Position numbers and translations under genes: made by a program. Source: Trypanosoma brucei (Eukaryota). From it: DNA of 64,000 nt. This document shows positions 1 through 11,100 of this stretch, one piece after another; position 1 is the stretch's first letter, and each line of letters begins with the position of its first letter. The notes under the pieces were generated by a model. It was not told the origin of the DNA, did no database searches, and saw only the letters and a program-made list of their open reading frames with translations. The stretch spans positions 864,001 through 928,000 of the forward strand of contig AE017150.2 of NCBI GenBank assembly GCA_000002445.1, in the 5' to 3' direction.

Positions 1-993
1 CCCACTCATTGCAGCCTCGTCCATCTGCTTCCGCTTCTCACCTTCAGGGAGTCGGTAATTCATAAAAACAATACGCATCTCCTCTGGCGTCATGTCCTTC
101 ACCCAACCTCGTGCATTCAAGTAACGTCGAGCAAGTTCCCGCTCCCTCAAATCACGATGATAAGGGCTCAGTGGGTGGCTCGCTCTCCACAGGGTATCCA
201 GTAAACAGGGGTCACGCAAACCCTCCTCAATCTGTTCATCCGTCAGTGGTGACATATTGGGCCGGTGCAACCGCTCAATCAGTGGTGCCTCTTCAAGTTC
301 ACGCTGCCTCAACGTAGTATATTGTTCCATGTGTATACGCCTGTACCTTTCGCATTCCTCCGTGTACTGCTGCTCAGTCATATCTTTCACGGGGGAACTG
401 TAAGGTGTATCTACGCCAATGAAACAAACACCCATCCGCCTGGCTTGCCCAACAACGCGTCGTACACGGGTCTCCAGTAACGGGTACTCTGGACGTCCCC
501 AACACAACGGTTTCATTTTCGCTATTTCGTATGCCATCTCCAATGTCATCAGAGCACAGTAGTGCCCTCGCAGCGGCACAGGTCCCGTCTCCCGCCGCTT
601 CTTCCGAAGTGCACGCAGAATGAACCACGCAGTAGGTGGCGGTTCAATTGTAAAAAGATACGATTTGTCAAAGTACACTTGGATGCGAACAATCAGCTCG
701 ACATCTTCCTTGAAGTGTGGCTTCGTCCGGTCATTGAACACCTTCGCAAAATCCATCGCCTTCAGCCCAAGTTTCGAAAACTCTTGTCCCACGGGAGGAC
801 CCGTCGCCGCCTTCCCAGCCTTAATAAAGAAACGCCAGTTGTGCAATACACGCTTCCCAGGAAATTCAGGTCGCCCAAATATATCCCTCGCCTTCTCAAC
901 CACCAAAGCTTCAGGCAGTCGGTTTGAACCAGGTTCTACACACACCGTCTTGGGCCGTGCCCTTAGTTGAAGGACGCCACACGCGCGGAGCAT
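1..993 (-). CDS. mitochondrial ribosomal protein uL11 (bacterial-type L11), partial; C-terminus lies beyond window start
   Basis: Manual translation of the minus strand from the ATG at 993 is open to the window edge. It reads ...FIKAGKAATGPPVGQEFSKLGLKAMDFAKVFNDRTKPHFKEDVELIVRIQVYFDKSYLFTIEPPPTAWFILRAL..., which matches the bacterial L11 N-terminal domain pattern (AGKAxPxPPVGPALG...). The long C-terminal extension is typical of kinetoplastid mito-ribosomal proteins. It is absent from the ORF track only because there is no stop codon inside the window. Confidence 0.6.
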   Translation of the reverse strand, partial: MLRACGVLQLRARPKTVCVEPGSNRLPEALVVEKARDIFGRPEFPGKRVLHNWRFFIKAGKAATGPPVGQEFSKLGLKAMDFAKVFNDRTKPHFKEDVELIVRIQVYFDKSYLFTIEPPPTAWFILRALRKKRRETGPVPLRGHYCALMTLEMAYEIAKMKPLCWGRPEYPLLETRVRRVVGQARRMGVCFIGVDTPYSSPVKDMTEQQYTEECERYRRIHMEQYTTLRQRELEEAPLIERLHRPNMSPLTDEQIEEGLRDPCLLDTLWRASHPLSPYHRDLRERELARRYLNARGWVKDMTPEEMRIVFMNYRLPEGEKRKQMDEAAMSG

Positions 994-1535
994 CAGTCAA
1001 CTGTCACTAAATGGCTTACACACAATTACTAGTTGTAAGTCCTTATATACAGTTGCGTACCAGAAGAGAAGAGGGAAGAGATAGTAACAGCAAGCATCCA
1101 AAGAAATGGGCGAGACGGTATACAGGAAACATGTGTATGCATGTAGGCAGTAAGTAGAGCCCGTGCAGCAAGCAAAGGAAATGGTGAAACAGCACAATTA
1201 CCGTATAGTGAAGAGAAGCTTCAGAAACACAAATACAACAAAATGTAAAGGGAAGGGAAGGAATAATACTGAGACCACACACACACGCACACAGAAAGAG
1301 AGAGAGAGAGAGACGTACAGACAAACAAGGAGAAAAAACTCCTCACGATGATTCACATTCCAACACGCGGCATACGACAGTTCCTACCGCAACCGCGTCG
1401 CGCCATATTAACGCACACACTCACTCCATAAATGAATCAAATGTTCAGCACCCGCATCGATCACATCCTAAGCAATGCATTACTCAGTGCATGGCCAAGG
1501 GGAGAGTGCACATCCCAACAAGCTATAATAGCATC

Positions 1536-2516
1536 CTACTCAATTATACCACACAGAAACGACAAGAATAACAGGATACAACAAACAGGAAACGGCACCT
1601 TGTACAGAAGGAACACACTCAATAGTGAGTACATCTCCCTCCCAGAATCAGGTGCAATAACATTCGTCATTCTGCTTGCCTCGCCGACAGCTGCTTCATA
1701 CCCATTACTGCACCGACCGCTAGGAACAGTACCTGAAGCACAGTTAACAGGAGAATAAACCAATGGAGAAGCCGAAGCAGCAGTCTGATCCCCAGCACCC
1801 TTTGGGGAGTGACGGCTCCTCAACGCTGTCGAAGGTGGAGACACCTCTCCTCCAGCATTCCTTACAGCTGAACCTAACTGTGGCTGTGCTGCCGGAGCTT
1901 TCTCCACAGCCGCAGTCTCACAACCTTCCACAAGTCCTTCCACCTTTCCATGACTTCGCTTCATCACAAGGCTATCCGGAACACCCAACTCCCCATAAAT
2001 ACAGCGAAGTGCACACCGAACAGCATTCCGCTCCCTCGCCTGCACACGTCCACGTTGCTTCCAAAATGCAGCAGCGACGTCCGGACCGCTAGGGCCCTTT
2101 CTACTACAGTCACCTCCAAAGAAACCACTCACAGACTCATACGGTGCCATAACTTCCCTCGGCACCACACATATATCCACGAACACCTCATCCCTTGTGC
2201 CAGCGTCTGGCAACTCCACAGCTCCTTCCTCCACGCCACCACGCCTCGCTGCGAGACGACGGAGCCTACGGATGTCAAGCATAAACTTCACCCTCACACA
2301 TTCACCAGCAAATATCAGTCCAACAGATGGTTGAACACCATAGCGATTGCGTACAGCACTGAGAACTTTGAACGCCACAACATTCTCACAAGGGTCCTCA
2401 GTACGTACAAGTAGACTACTTAACTCGATAATATTCTCAATACTGGCATCCGTCAGAGGAGAAGGAAAGTACAGGCACTCCTGTGAAAAACAAACAATGC
2501 CCCCACCACCCTTCAT
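1536..2516 (-). CDS. hypothetical protein (no recognisable domain)
   Basis: 326-aa ORF on the strand used by the PTU. The C-terminal ~50 codons run into low-complexity (CA/GA) sequence, so the true boundaries are uncertain. Confidence 0.3.
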   Translation of the reverse strand: MKGGGGIVCFSQECLYFPSPLTDASIENIIELSSLLVRTEDPCENVVAFKVLSAVRNRYGVQPSVGLIFAGECVRVKFMLDIRRLRRLAARRGGVEEGAVELPDAGTRDEVFVDICVVPREVMAPYESVSGFFGGDCSRKGPSGPDVAAAFWKQRGRVQARERNAVRCALRCIYGELGVPDSLVMKRSHGKVEGLVEGCETAAVEKAPAAQPQLGSAVRNAGGEVSPPSTALRSRHSPKGAGDQTAASASPLVYSPVNCASGTVPSGRCSNGYEAAVGEASRMTNVIAPDSGREMYSLLSVFLLYKVPFPVCCILLFLSFLCGIIE

Positions 2517-3016
2517 CGTGGATGAAAGATACGAAACACTAATTACTCACCCGTAAGAAAGGACAGATACGAAATAGAGAAGAAAAACATAAACACATTC
2601 CCGGGAAGTAATGACAGTCACAGATACAACAAGTATGAAAAAGAAGATATTACACCAATAATAAAATAGCAAAACACCAACCTCTAATACGGTCGAATAA
2701 ATATAAACATATAACATGTCCGCTACGCAACAATTAAGCGAAACAAAAAACAATGAAAGGATAGAAAAAATACAGCGCAAACTTCGTTGGGTTGTCAAAC
2801 AATTCAAAAACACAGATTATGTGGTTGCCCACAGCGCCAACAAATCATATAACCATGCCAAATAACGAGCTGAAAGCACTCCCCACTACGGTGTCATCCT
2901 CATGGTCATACCAATAAAGTAAAATACAGAGCAAAAAAATGATCATACATACCATTCGAACGTATCATAGTACAATGAAAGAGTGACAAACATTTATGCA
3001 GCCACGCAACTCAACA

Positions 3017-3205
3017 TTACAACATATATATACAAACAGTATTAGGCATGGAGAAATACTCCTTCACATTAACAATCACGCGTCCATCATCACCATCAGC
3101 AGCAGTCACATGCAGCGAACACACGGCAGTTAGCAAATATAAAAGACCGCACAGGAGAGCAGCACGCGTAAAACCAAAATTCACCATACGGGTGTCCATG
3201 CTCAT
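3017..3205 (-). pseudogene. truncated 5' fragment of the surface-protein gene at 4049-5104 (signal-peptide exon remnant)
   Basis: The 62-aa ORF MSMDTRMVNFGFTRAALLCGLLYLLTAVCSLHVTAADGDDGRVIVNVKEYFSM is about 90% identical to the first 52 residues of the 351-aa protein. It then diverges into A-rich non-coding sequence. Confidence 0.7.
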
Positions 3206-3441
3206 TGTCAGTGTTGCTTCCTTATGAGTTTATCAAATACACACATATGCGGGAAAGAGGGAAGAGCGTGTGAGTAAAGGGGAAATGCAACAGTGACAAT
3301 AGAAAAAGGAGTTACACAAGATATCAAATAATCACACATACACTCGAGGATAATAAACAAGAAATATGAAAAGGATAACACAAATAATAATGGAAGAGAG
3401 CAGCCATATCACATATCCCAACAAATTGGTTAGTGAGACAC
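3037..3441. repeat. direct repeat copy A (~405 bp, about 97% identical to 4938-5346): 5' end plus upstream region of the surface-protein gene
   Basis: Direct comparison of the sequence aaatactccttcacattaacaatcacgcgtccatcatca...caaattggttagtgag(a/g)cacaggtac in both locations. Confidence 0.85.
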
Positions 3442-4048
3442 AGGTACTCAAAACATTTATTATCATAATGGGCCAAGTATAACTCAGGGATTGAACACTA
3501 TGGAACTCTCGTTTAATGTAACCTCATATAGATTGTTAAAATTATCAAGTGCTGCAAGTTACACGTATAGCAATACATCACACGTAACAGGGAGGACCTA
3601 CAAGCCTCCCACATATACATGGAAGTAAAACATGAAATAACGCGAACTAAACATGACACCCACACACGAAATAAATAATCAACACTAACAACAACGAAAC
3701 AATGGGACATCAAACAGTAAAGATGGTTCAATGGGTCACACACTAAAAGAACAATGATGTGGTCGGAGGGAAGTGATGCCACACATCGGAAGTCCCTCGC
3801 AGAGCCAACATGGTACAAGGAGACCGTTAATATTAGGAACATAAAAGTAATAATTATATAAGAGAGTATTGAGCACTACTGAAAGTAATAGTAGGAAGTG
3901 AAACAATACACGAAGCTAGAAATTGTGACGGTCCGTAACGTAGGATGAAAGCGGTACAGTATTCATTACTCCACTTGATCCTAAACATCACTCAACCACC
4001 ACCCATGTGATACACGATGTGACGCTAATATTATTCACTGGTTCTCAT

Positions 4049-5104
4049 TTAGCCATAATATTGCAGGGCTAAGGGAGGAGCATCAAAACCCTCTGGGGGA
4101 GCAAAAGGTGTTGGCTCCAGGACAAACAACGGTTCTCCAACAACTTCACGCAGCGTCATGGGAATGATCTCCTTTTTAACATTATAATCACAGAACCAAC
4201 GTAAAAGGAAAAGCAGCAACACAATGAGGGAAACAACAGAAATTAGAGCTATGAGAATAATGTGCCAATTACTTCTCTCTTCCAATGACGCAGTTGTCAC
4301 AGTAACTTCTTCATCCTTTGTCACAGTTGGTTCCGGTACTTCGCCTGAGGCAGGTGCAGCTGTAGTTGTTGTCGTCGTGCTGATAGAATCGTGGACCTCG
4401 CAAACAACAACGTAGTCTTGAGACTTTGTTTCAAAGTTCTGACTTGTCCATCGGATAGTCCCAGAAGCCTCCCTGCCATCGTACCAGGTAGTCACATCTT
4501 CGTGTTCATGGTACCATGAAAGGGTATACAACTGACCACTCTTGGGATATTCACTACCCCAAAAGGATGGGTAACCATTCATTGGGGCCGCAAAAGCGTA
4601 TTTGACATATGAACCACGCCAGAACGCCACCCCGTGACCATCAGGCAAAGCCTTTGCAAACAATCCCTTATTCCAACGATACACACAATGACGTGAAGAT
4701 GCCGCGTCTCCAGGCTTACAACGCTTATCAGCTTCAAATACCCTTGTACTGCTGTACACAGCATCTCCACCAAGGTAGCTGACGGCCTCAAACTCAAAAA
4801 TTACACTCTTCATAGCATCCTGCAAACTTTGGTGTGCCGCCTCCGTTTGATCGGCAGGAAGCACAGCACCGTTGTCGACACAATATGCTTCAGCATTATC
4901 GTAACCAACAATGTACCGTTCGTGACGACTAAATGCAAAATTGTCCATAGAGAAATACTCCTTCACATTAACAATCACGCGTCCATCATCATCATCAGCA
5001 GCAGTCACATGCAGCGGACACACGGCAGTTAGCAATAATAAAATACCGCACAGGAGAGCAGCACGCGTAAAACCAAAATTCACCATACGGGTGTCCATGC
5101 TCAT
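4049..5104 (-). CDS. type I transmembrane surface glycoprotein-like protein (signal peptide, Cys-containing ectodomain, Thr-rich stalk, single TM, about 50-aa cytoplasmic tail)
   Basis: 351-aa ORF. The N-terminal hydrophobic signal is MSMDTRMVNFGFTRAALLCGILLLLTAVCPLHVTAA. The stalk is STTTTTTAAPASGEVPEPTVTKDEEVTVTT, the TM segment is WHIILIALISVVSLIVLLLFLL, and a cytoplasmic tail follows. The architecture resembles invariant-surface-glycoprotein-type proteins of trypanosomes; family membership is unverified. Confidence 0.6.
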   Translation of the reverse strand: MSMDTRMVNFGFTRAALLCGILLLLTAVCPLHVTAADDDDGRVIVNVKEYFSMDNFAFSRHERYIVGYDNAEAYCVDNGAVLPADQTEAAHQSLQDAMKSVIFEFEAVSYLGGDAVYSSTRVFEADKRCKPGDAASSRHCVYRWNKGLFAKALPDGHGVAFWRGSYVKYAFAAPMNGYPSFWGSEYPKSGQLYTLSWYHEHEDVTTWYDGREASGTIRWTSQNFETKSQDYVVVCEVHDSISTTTTTTAAPASGEVPEPTVTKDEEVTVTTASLEERSNWHIILIALISVVSLIVLLLFLLRWFCDYNVKKEIIPMTLREVVGEPLFVLEPTPFAPPEGFDAPPLALQYYG

Positions 5105-5346
5105 TGTCAGTGTTGTTTCCTTATGAGTCTATCAAATACACACATATGCGGGAAAGAGGGAAGAGCGTGTCAGTAAAGGGGAAATGCAACAGTGACAATA
5201 GAAAAAGGAGTTACACAAGATATCAAATAATCACACATACACTCGAGGATAATAAACAAGAAACATGAAAAAGGATAACACAAATAATAATGGAAGAGAG
5301 CAGCCATATCACATATCCCAACAAATTGGTTAGTGAGGCACAGGTA
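4938..5346. repeat. direct repeat copy B (partner of 3037-3441)
   Basis: Same evidence as copy A. Covers the 5' coding end and upstream region of the intact gene at 4049-5104. Confidence 0.85.
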
Positions 5347-7087
5347 CACGTCGTATTTGATACAATAGTGGAGAAACTAAAGCAGAAAGAATATACATTA
5401 TTCAACTCTTGTTTGGTACAACCCTACTGTGCGAGGTCACCCGGAGCATTCGAGAGTGATGAAAACCAAATCCTCGCCTATTCATTATCCACGTTAGTTG
5501 AGGAGCGGAACCAACACCGACCGTCACTTCGCAAAGACGAAAAAAAATATGCAGATACAGCATAACATATCAGCTACATGCATGGTTTATGTACTGGAGC
5601 ACAGCTGGACAGTCAGCGACATTTGTCACGTAATTGCGAAACATTGTCCGTTGTTTCGTGCTTGCTGAGAGACTCCTGTAAAGTACATACTCGTCAAAAT
5701 AACCTTAAGGAAGAAAGAGAAGAAAACTAGTGGCAAGCCTTTACGACAGTAGTGAAGTTTTTGCACAAATCCTTCATCACGTGCAAAACTGTTGTAGTCA
5801 TCATCTGTACACTAAATCATTGTGCGCGCCCCATTATTCATTGCTTACTATGTCGCTTTATTGCACTACGCTACGCTGTATAACCTCATCGTCTTGGAAG
5901 TAACGTGGGTCAGATGTGGACCGTTATGAAAAAGTCGTACAACCACCACACGTTGGAAGTGCCCGTGGCGAAGGCAGCGCCGTTGGAGAAGATCAACTTA
6001 TCTTTTGTCCACGTTACGTGCAAACGCAGTTACATCCTTCGGAAACCTTCTGAAGAGCATTAAACCTTCGAAAGACGTTACGCATTTTATCTCGGTCGTG
6101 CCCATACTTACGGCTATGACTCCTCAAAGGATAAATTGAGTAATTATATATGAGTAATCACTCTTCATTTGTCAAAAAAAAAAAGATGAAAGGAAAGGAA
6201 AGGGGGCAAGTTTTAAGATATTGATGTTGTGTAACGGACATGAGTTGCCCTCCATTCCATTTGAAAAAAAAAACAAGATATTTCCTTTATGTTACACACT
6301 CTCTCACATTGTTGTGATTCAGCATTATGAAGCTTACTGCTGCCACTGCCGCTGCCACGCGTTGATAACAGCAACAGCGAGTAGACGGTTTCAGAGGCCA
6401 CCCTCGCCATTTACCGTCCTTCTCGTTTACTTCTCTCCTTTACTAGTTTTGAGACTTCTTTTTTTTTTCTTTTTGCAGCTATCCCCGTGCCTTGTGTCCT
6501 TCGCGTTTGCACAACATAAAGGGGAACTTTGGAGGAGGGGGGGAGGCGATGCCTTTTTATAATGTCATGTGCTCTGTACGAAGCAGAGGAGGGGAGTTAA
6601 ACAGCGTTGTGCTGCTGGCACGAGACGGGGGTTAGACATTTCCTCCAATGCGCATGTCAAAATACACGGGAGGGCTCAAGCAATGTGCAGCACTCACTTT
6701 ACCAGGCAAACCACCTAAAAACAGTCTCTCCACCCCGAGTCAGCATCAAGAGCAGAGGATGGTTGGAGTTAGGATGAAAAAAAAAACTGAGAACGTGAAC
6801 AAGTTAGCGAATGTAAAGTTGAGGGAATCAAGGTACTTTCGTTTTTACACACACACACATACCTACCTACTTGAGCACAGAGCTAAAAAAGAAAATGGGT
6901 AAACTATTTCCCACGCTACTCCACACCATTCTGTCTGACGGAGAGTCCTATGAAGGCAAGAAGCGCCACTCGCTAACCCAACCCATTTCTCCTTCTTTAC
7001 GTGTATCGAAGTTTGTGGAATAAGAAGGAAACTCCTAAAACATACACAAACACACACACACGTATATATATATATACTTCACCACTC

Positions 7088-7825
7088 TCATTTCATCAAC
7101 GTCATGAAGTCTGGAAGTTGAGTCGCCACATTTCCTGGAATGATTTGAGCTGAGTGGGGTGAACTCTCAATCGCGCTCATTAGGGCATCGAACACCAAAG
7201 CGCCTCCAGTCTCACTAAAGTGAAGACCATCAGAAAGGTAATCGCACCACGGCCCTTTGGCTACATTTGGCGACTCAGCGTCTTTTCCAAGAAAACGTTC
7301 GTACAGGTCAACGACATGAACGTCATTGTGCGCTTTTTTCTCCACGCATCCGACCTGCAAAACCGCATCGCGATAACTGAGGACCCTTTCAAGTGATCGG
7401 CCACAGGTGCTGGGGTCTGCCCCAAACTCCCGCTGCAGGCGTTTATGCCACTTTTCAACATTTATAGGTGGTGGCGTCATGAGAAAAATACCGCCGACAG
7501 GAGAAGCGTGTTTACGTACCAAGTCGATGATCGCCCTCAAGTTACTCTTGAATTCATGCAACGGTACGGCCTGACCACCGGTGGCACAGTCATTGGAACC
7601 CAACAACAATGTTATAAACAGCGGACGTGGGGCGTACGCGGGAAGTAAATGGTGCCGTGACTCATCATTCTTCAGTATGCTCAGAATCCAACGAGTGTTG
7701 TAACCACACAACCCACGGTTTATGACGTCTGCGCGGCGGACGTATACGTTGCTCAGTCGTGACGCCCACCCGCACTCAAAGCCCCACTCCGTGAGAGAAT
7801 CACCCAACAAAAGAATGTGAGACAT
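7088..7825 (-). CDS. GDSL/SGNH-family esterase (IAH1-like)
   Basis: The N-terminus is MSHILLLGDSLTEWGF, with the catalytic GDSL motif at residues 8-11. Block II is LLGSND... and a DxxH-like C-terminal region (SDGLHFSETG) is present. Length is 245 aa. Confidence 0.8.
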   Translation of the reverse strand: MSHILLLGDSLTEWGFECGWASRLSNVYVRRADVINRGLCGYNTRWILSILKNDESRHHLLPAYAPRPLFITLLLGSNDCATGGQAVPLHEFKSNLRAIIDLVRKHASPVGGIFLMTPPPINVEKWHKRLQREFGADPSTCGRSLERVLSYRDAVLQVGCVEKKAHNDVHVVDLYERFLGKDAESPNVAKGPWCDYLSDGLHFSETGGALVFDALMSAIESSPHSAQIIPGNVATQLPDFMTLMK

Positions 7826-8125
7826 AGAAAATACGTCGGAGGGGAAAAGAGGTACAAAACTGTTGAATATAGGTGATGTCTGTTGCTAATGTTTCTTCTT
7901 TGATACTATTATTAATACTGGTGGATCGCGTAACGCAATCGCGCAGCAAAAATGAAAGGAGGGAAGAAGGGACATACACGACAAATACTCGGCACTATCT
8001 AACATACAATACAACCGCCACAACAATGTTGTTATTAACCCCAAATGCTCTCCCCCACTTGCCGCACACAAACACCCCATAATAACCGTAAGCGCCAACT
8101 CTGGTGAAGAATAAACCGAAAGCGT

Positions 8126-8126
<1 letters not shown>

Positions 8127-8170
<44 letters not shown>
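8127..8170. repeat. (CA)22 microsatellite in the 3' flank/UTR of the zinc-finger gene
   Basis: Uninterrupted cacaca tract read directly from the sequence. Confidence 0.95.
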
Positions 8171-8175
<5 letters not shown>

Positions 8176-8187
8176 AGACACCTCCAT

Positions 8188-11100
8188 TCATTCATGCAGC
8201 GGCAACAAACCTCCTGCTGCGGTTGTGCATTTAGAACCACCACTGTTAGCGGCGGAATTGGCTGTGGTGTGCCTTTTACACTTACAGATATCATTCATAT
8301 TCGTCCCAACCACCTCTGTCACCACTCGGGACTCACGGGGCACCGCTTTCCGATGTAGACAAGCAGGGCAAACAACATCGTTCACAATCCACTGACGCGG
8401 CAATTTCATGTATCGAAGGTACGCCCAACGCGTCTCACGATAAATGTGAGCCTTTTGCATAGGTCGCACGAGCTCGCACAACTGTGAGAGTACCTCAAAA
8501 CCTAGTTCGTCATAGTCGGTCGTGAGATTCATAAGATCGACCAAATCCAGCGCAATAGCTACCCAGGGCCTCTTGTGTGCCCACGAAACCACCGGCACGC
8601 CGTCAACAACGTTATTGGGCTTTCCTTCCAACGCCAACAAGCAAGCCAACTGAATAATCTCCGCCACGCTCCTTACGGCACTGTGCACTGTGCCATCCTC
8701 CAACACTGGCACCCGTGGGCGTATGCCGCACCTCAAACCTCGAGAAAGGTCACATCCACGCCAGGGCAACGCTGCCTCCTCTGCGCGCTGTAGTGCAGCG
8801 ACTGCGGAACGAAGTAACTTCAAAGCGGTCGAAGGGGAGAGCTCACCATGCGCCGCGCGACGGACCGCGTTGAGAACTATCTTAAGCCTCAAACGGTGAA
8901 CTATCTCTTGCTCCGCCGGCCACACACTGGAAGGCAAAGACCGTCGTTGGTTGCAGTGGTTACATGCAGGACAGACACCGGCTAGATTTTCCAAATGCAA
9001 AAACGTCCCACATGAAGCGCAAGGGGATGGCCCTAAGGGCAGCGGAAAAAGTAGTGCAGTGGGTAAGCAAACCTCAGCACCACCCGGTGAGACACCGTCG
9101 CCGTCTCCCGCAGGGTGGTTCCCGCTGCCGCTAATGTCTTCAACTTCCTTGACTGTGTGATGTAGGTCACTCGCAACCGCAGCCCCGCCAACCTTCTGTT
9201 CAGCAGCGCTGGGATGCATGTCAGTGCACGAACGTATTTCTCGGTACCGAAGAGGATTTGTATAATAAGTAGCGACAGCAACGGCATCGTGAGCAGCACC
9301 ACAGTGCAGGCACGCTAACAGTCCCTCACCACTACCTTTTCGCAAATTGACGCCTAAACAGTTGTTTTTCAGGCAAACCCAAAGCGTGCAAGCGGTATGT
9401 GGGCGAGGAGCATGGCACGTTGGACAAGCCACAGCCTCCTTACCATCGTAGAGGCTACCGCAATGTGGACACGAAGTGTATGCCGGCTCCACCCCACCCT
9501 CAGTAAAATCAATGTCACGTCGGCCTGGATCCCTCTCTGTAGGCTCGAGCACATCCTCGCAGCTACGACAGACAACACTCCACGCAGGGCATGTTGCTCC
9601 ACAGCGAGTGCATTGTCGGGTGGCCCACGGTGTGTCAAGGCGAGTAAATGACGCAGATTTGGTGGCGCCACAGCCGTGACAATGAGTAAGTAGCCATGGG
9701 CAAGCCGTATGGCACTCCACACAACGCCACAATGTCTTTGGAGGACCCGAAGCGGCAGCTGTACACAATGTCCCGCAAAGGGAACACCAAGGACGGAGCA
9801 TCCCAAGAGGATTGTGCCGTCCGCAAACCCTGCAGTCGAATGCAGTTCGCGCCATGGCCTCTTCCATCGTTGGCTGAGGGGATGCACACCGTGCGCAGTA
9901 GAATAAATGTTGCGGTTCGTTTGTGTGGCTGCATCGACCACAGCGCCAGCGTCGTAGTGGAAAGATGGTGCAACCATCAAGAGGAAGCGCGTCACATCCA
10001 ACACCCGCTCCCCGTTCCAATGTTTCCGCTCCACATACAAGACAAATAGGGAAGTTACTGGGAGAAAATCCCCCACAGCCGCGGCATTGAATGACTGCTA
10101 GCTCCAGCGTACCACAGTATTGACACGTGCTGGCACCCCTCCTGTTCCATCGAGTGCATGACCGGCACCTCCACGGCTGTCGCTGCCGCCCAACGTACCG
10201 TCGAAATTCTAAAGCACTCTGCACAGCTTTCAGCACCTTGTCCGTGTGCTCACCCATTTCTGTGGTCGTGACACGGTGGTTCAACGACTCCAATGACGCG
10301 AGTGGCATTTCGTGCAGTGGGCTTAGGTGAGTAACGGGGCATCGAGGCGCGCCCACCACGTCGAGGAGTACAACGCTTATTCCTTCAACGAAACCCAAAC
10401 TAAGGAAGTGCTGAAGGGCCATACGACGCGCACCCAACCCAGGGTGCGCGCGATCCAACAGAGACAAGAGGCAGAAGTGGTCGGATGTAGCTTCCCCGGA
10501 ACGGCATTCACCAAGAAGACGCACGTACAATTCTACAACCTTCGAAAGGAGTCCATCCCTTCGGTAAGTTTCCACTGATGTGTGGCGGTGCAGCAATGCG
10601 TGAAGCAGCTGCAGGCATTCATAAGGCGTAGCATATCCCAAATGACTGTCGTTCGCACCAGCACACCCATGGGCAACTGCAGAAAAGGCGACTGCCGGAG
10701 GTATAGGAAATTTCCATGCTCGCGTCAGGTCGTACAAGCGGAACATACCCACCAAAGCCTCCTCAAATCCTGATTCACTGCAGTACCGCCTAGATGCCCC
10801 CTCCACAGCTTCCAACATCAAATCACGGATGTAGTGAGGGAGGCCGGCAGCAAAGTGCCGCCTCGCACCCAGTAAAAAATGTGTGAAAACCTCCACAGCC
10901 TCAGAATACCTCCCCAACAACACGAGTGCTTTGCCGCCCTCCCACGAACCACCCAATGATGGACAGTCGTGTAGATGCCTCTCAATGATTTCATAGGCGC
11001 CACAGCGTAGAAATAACTTGAAGGAAATGCGAATAGCCTCCCTTAGGCGCCGATCAACCACTGCCCGCGCCCCGCGGTGGAGACCGATGGCATCACGGTC

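Noticed and set aside
1163-1351. 62-aa ORF rich in K/R/T/E over a (CA)n/(GA)n tract
   Set aside because: It is a translation of microsatellite or low-complexity sequence in the intergenic spacer.
5290-5565. 91-aa plus-strand ORF MEESSHITYPNKLVSEAQVHV...
   Set aside because: It lies inside the duplicated upstream block (the same ORF start recurs at about 3390), on the non-transcribed strand of a minus-strand PTU. It is most likely a chance ORF.
8104-8358. Plus-strand 84-aa ORF with THTHTHTH, and minus-strand ORFs with VCVCVCVC, near 8100-8300
   Set aside because: These are translations of the (CA)22 microsatellite and overlap the 3' end of the real 1424-aa gene.
9369-10076. 235-aa minus-strand ORF in another frame, nested inside the 1424-aa gene, and many 60-120 aa antisense ORFs inside large genes throughout the window
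   Set aside because: These overlap much longer ORFs with recognisable domains. GC-rich coding DNA typically yields such shadow ORFs.
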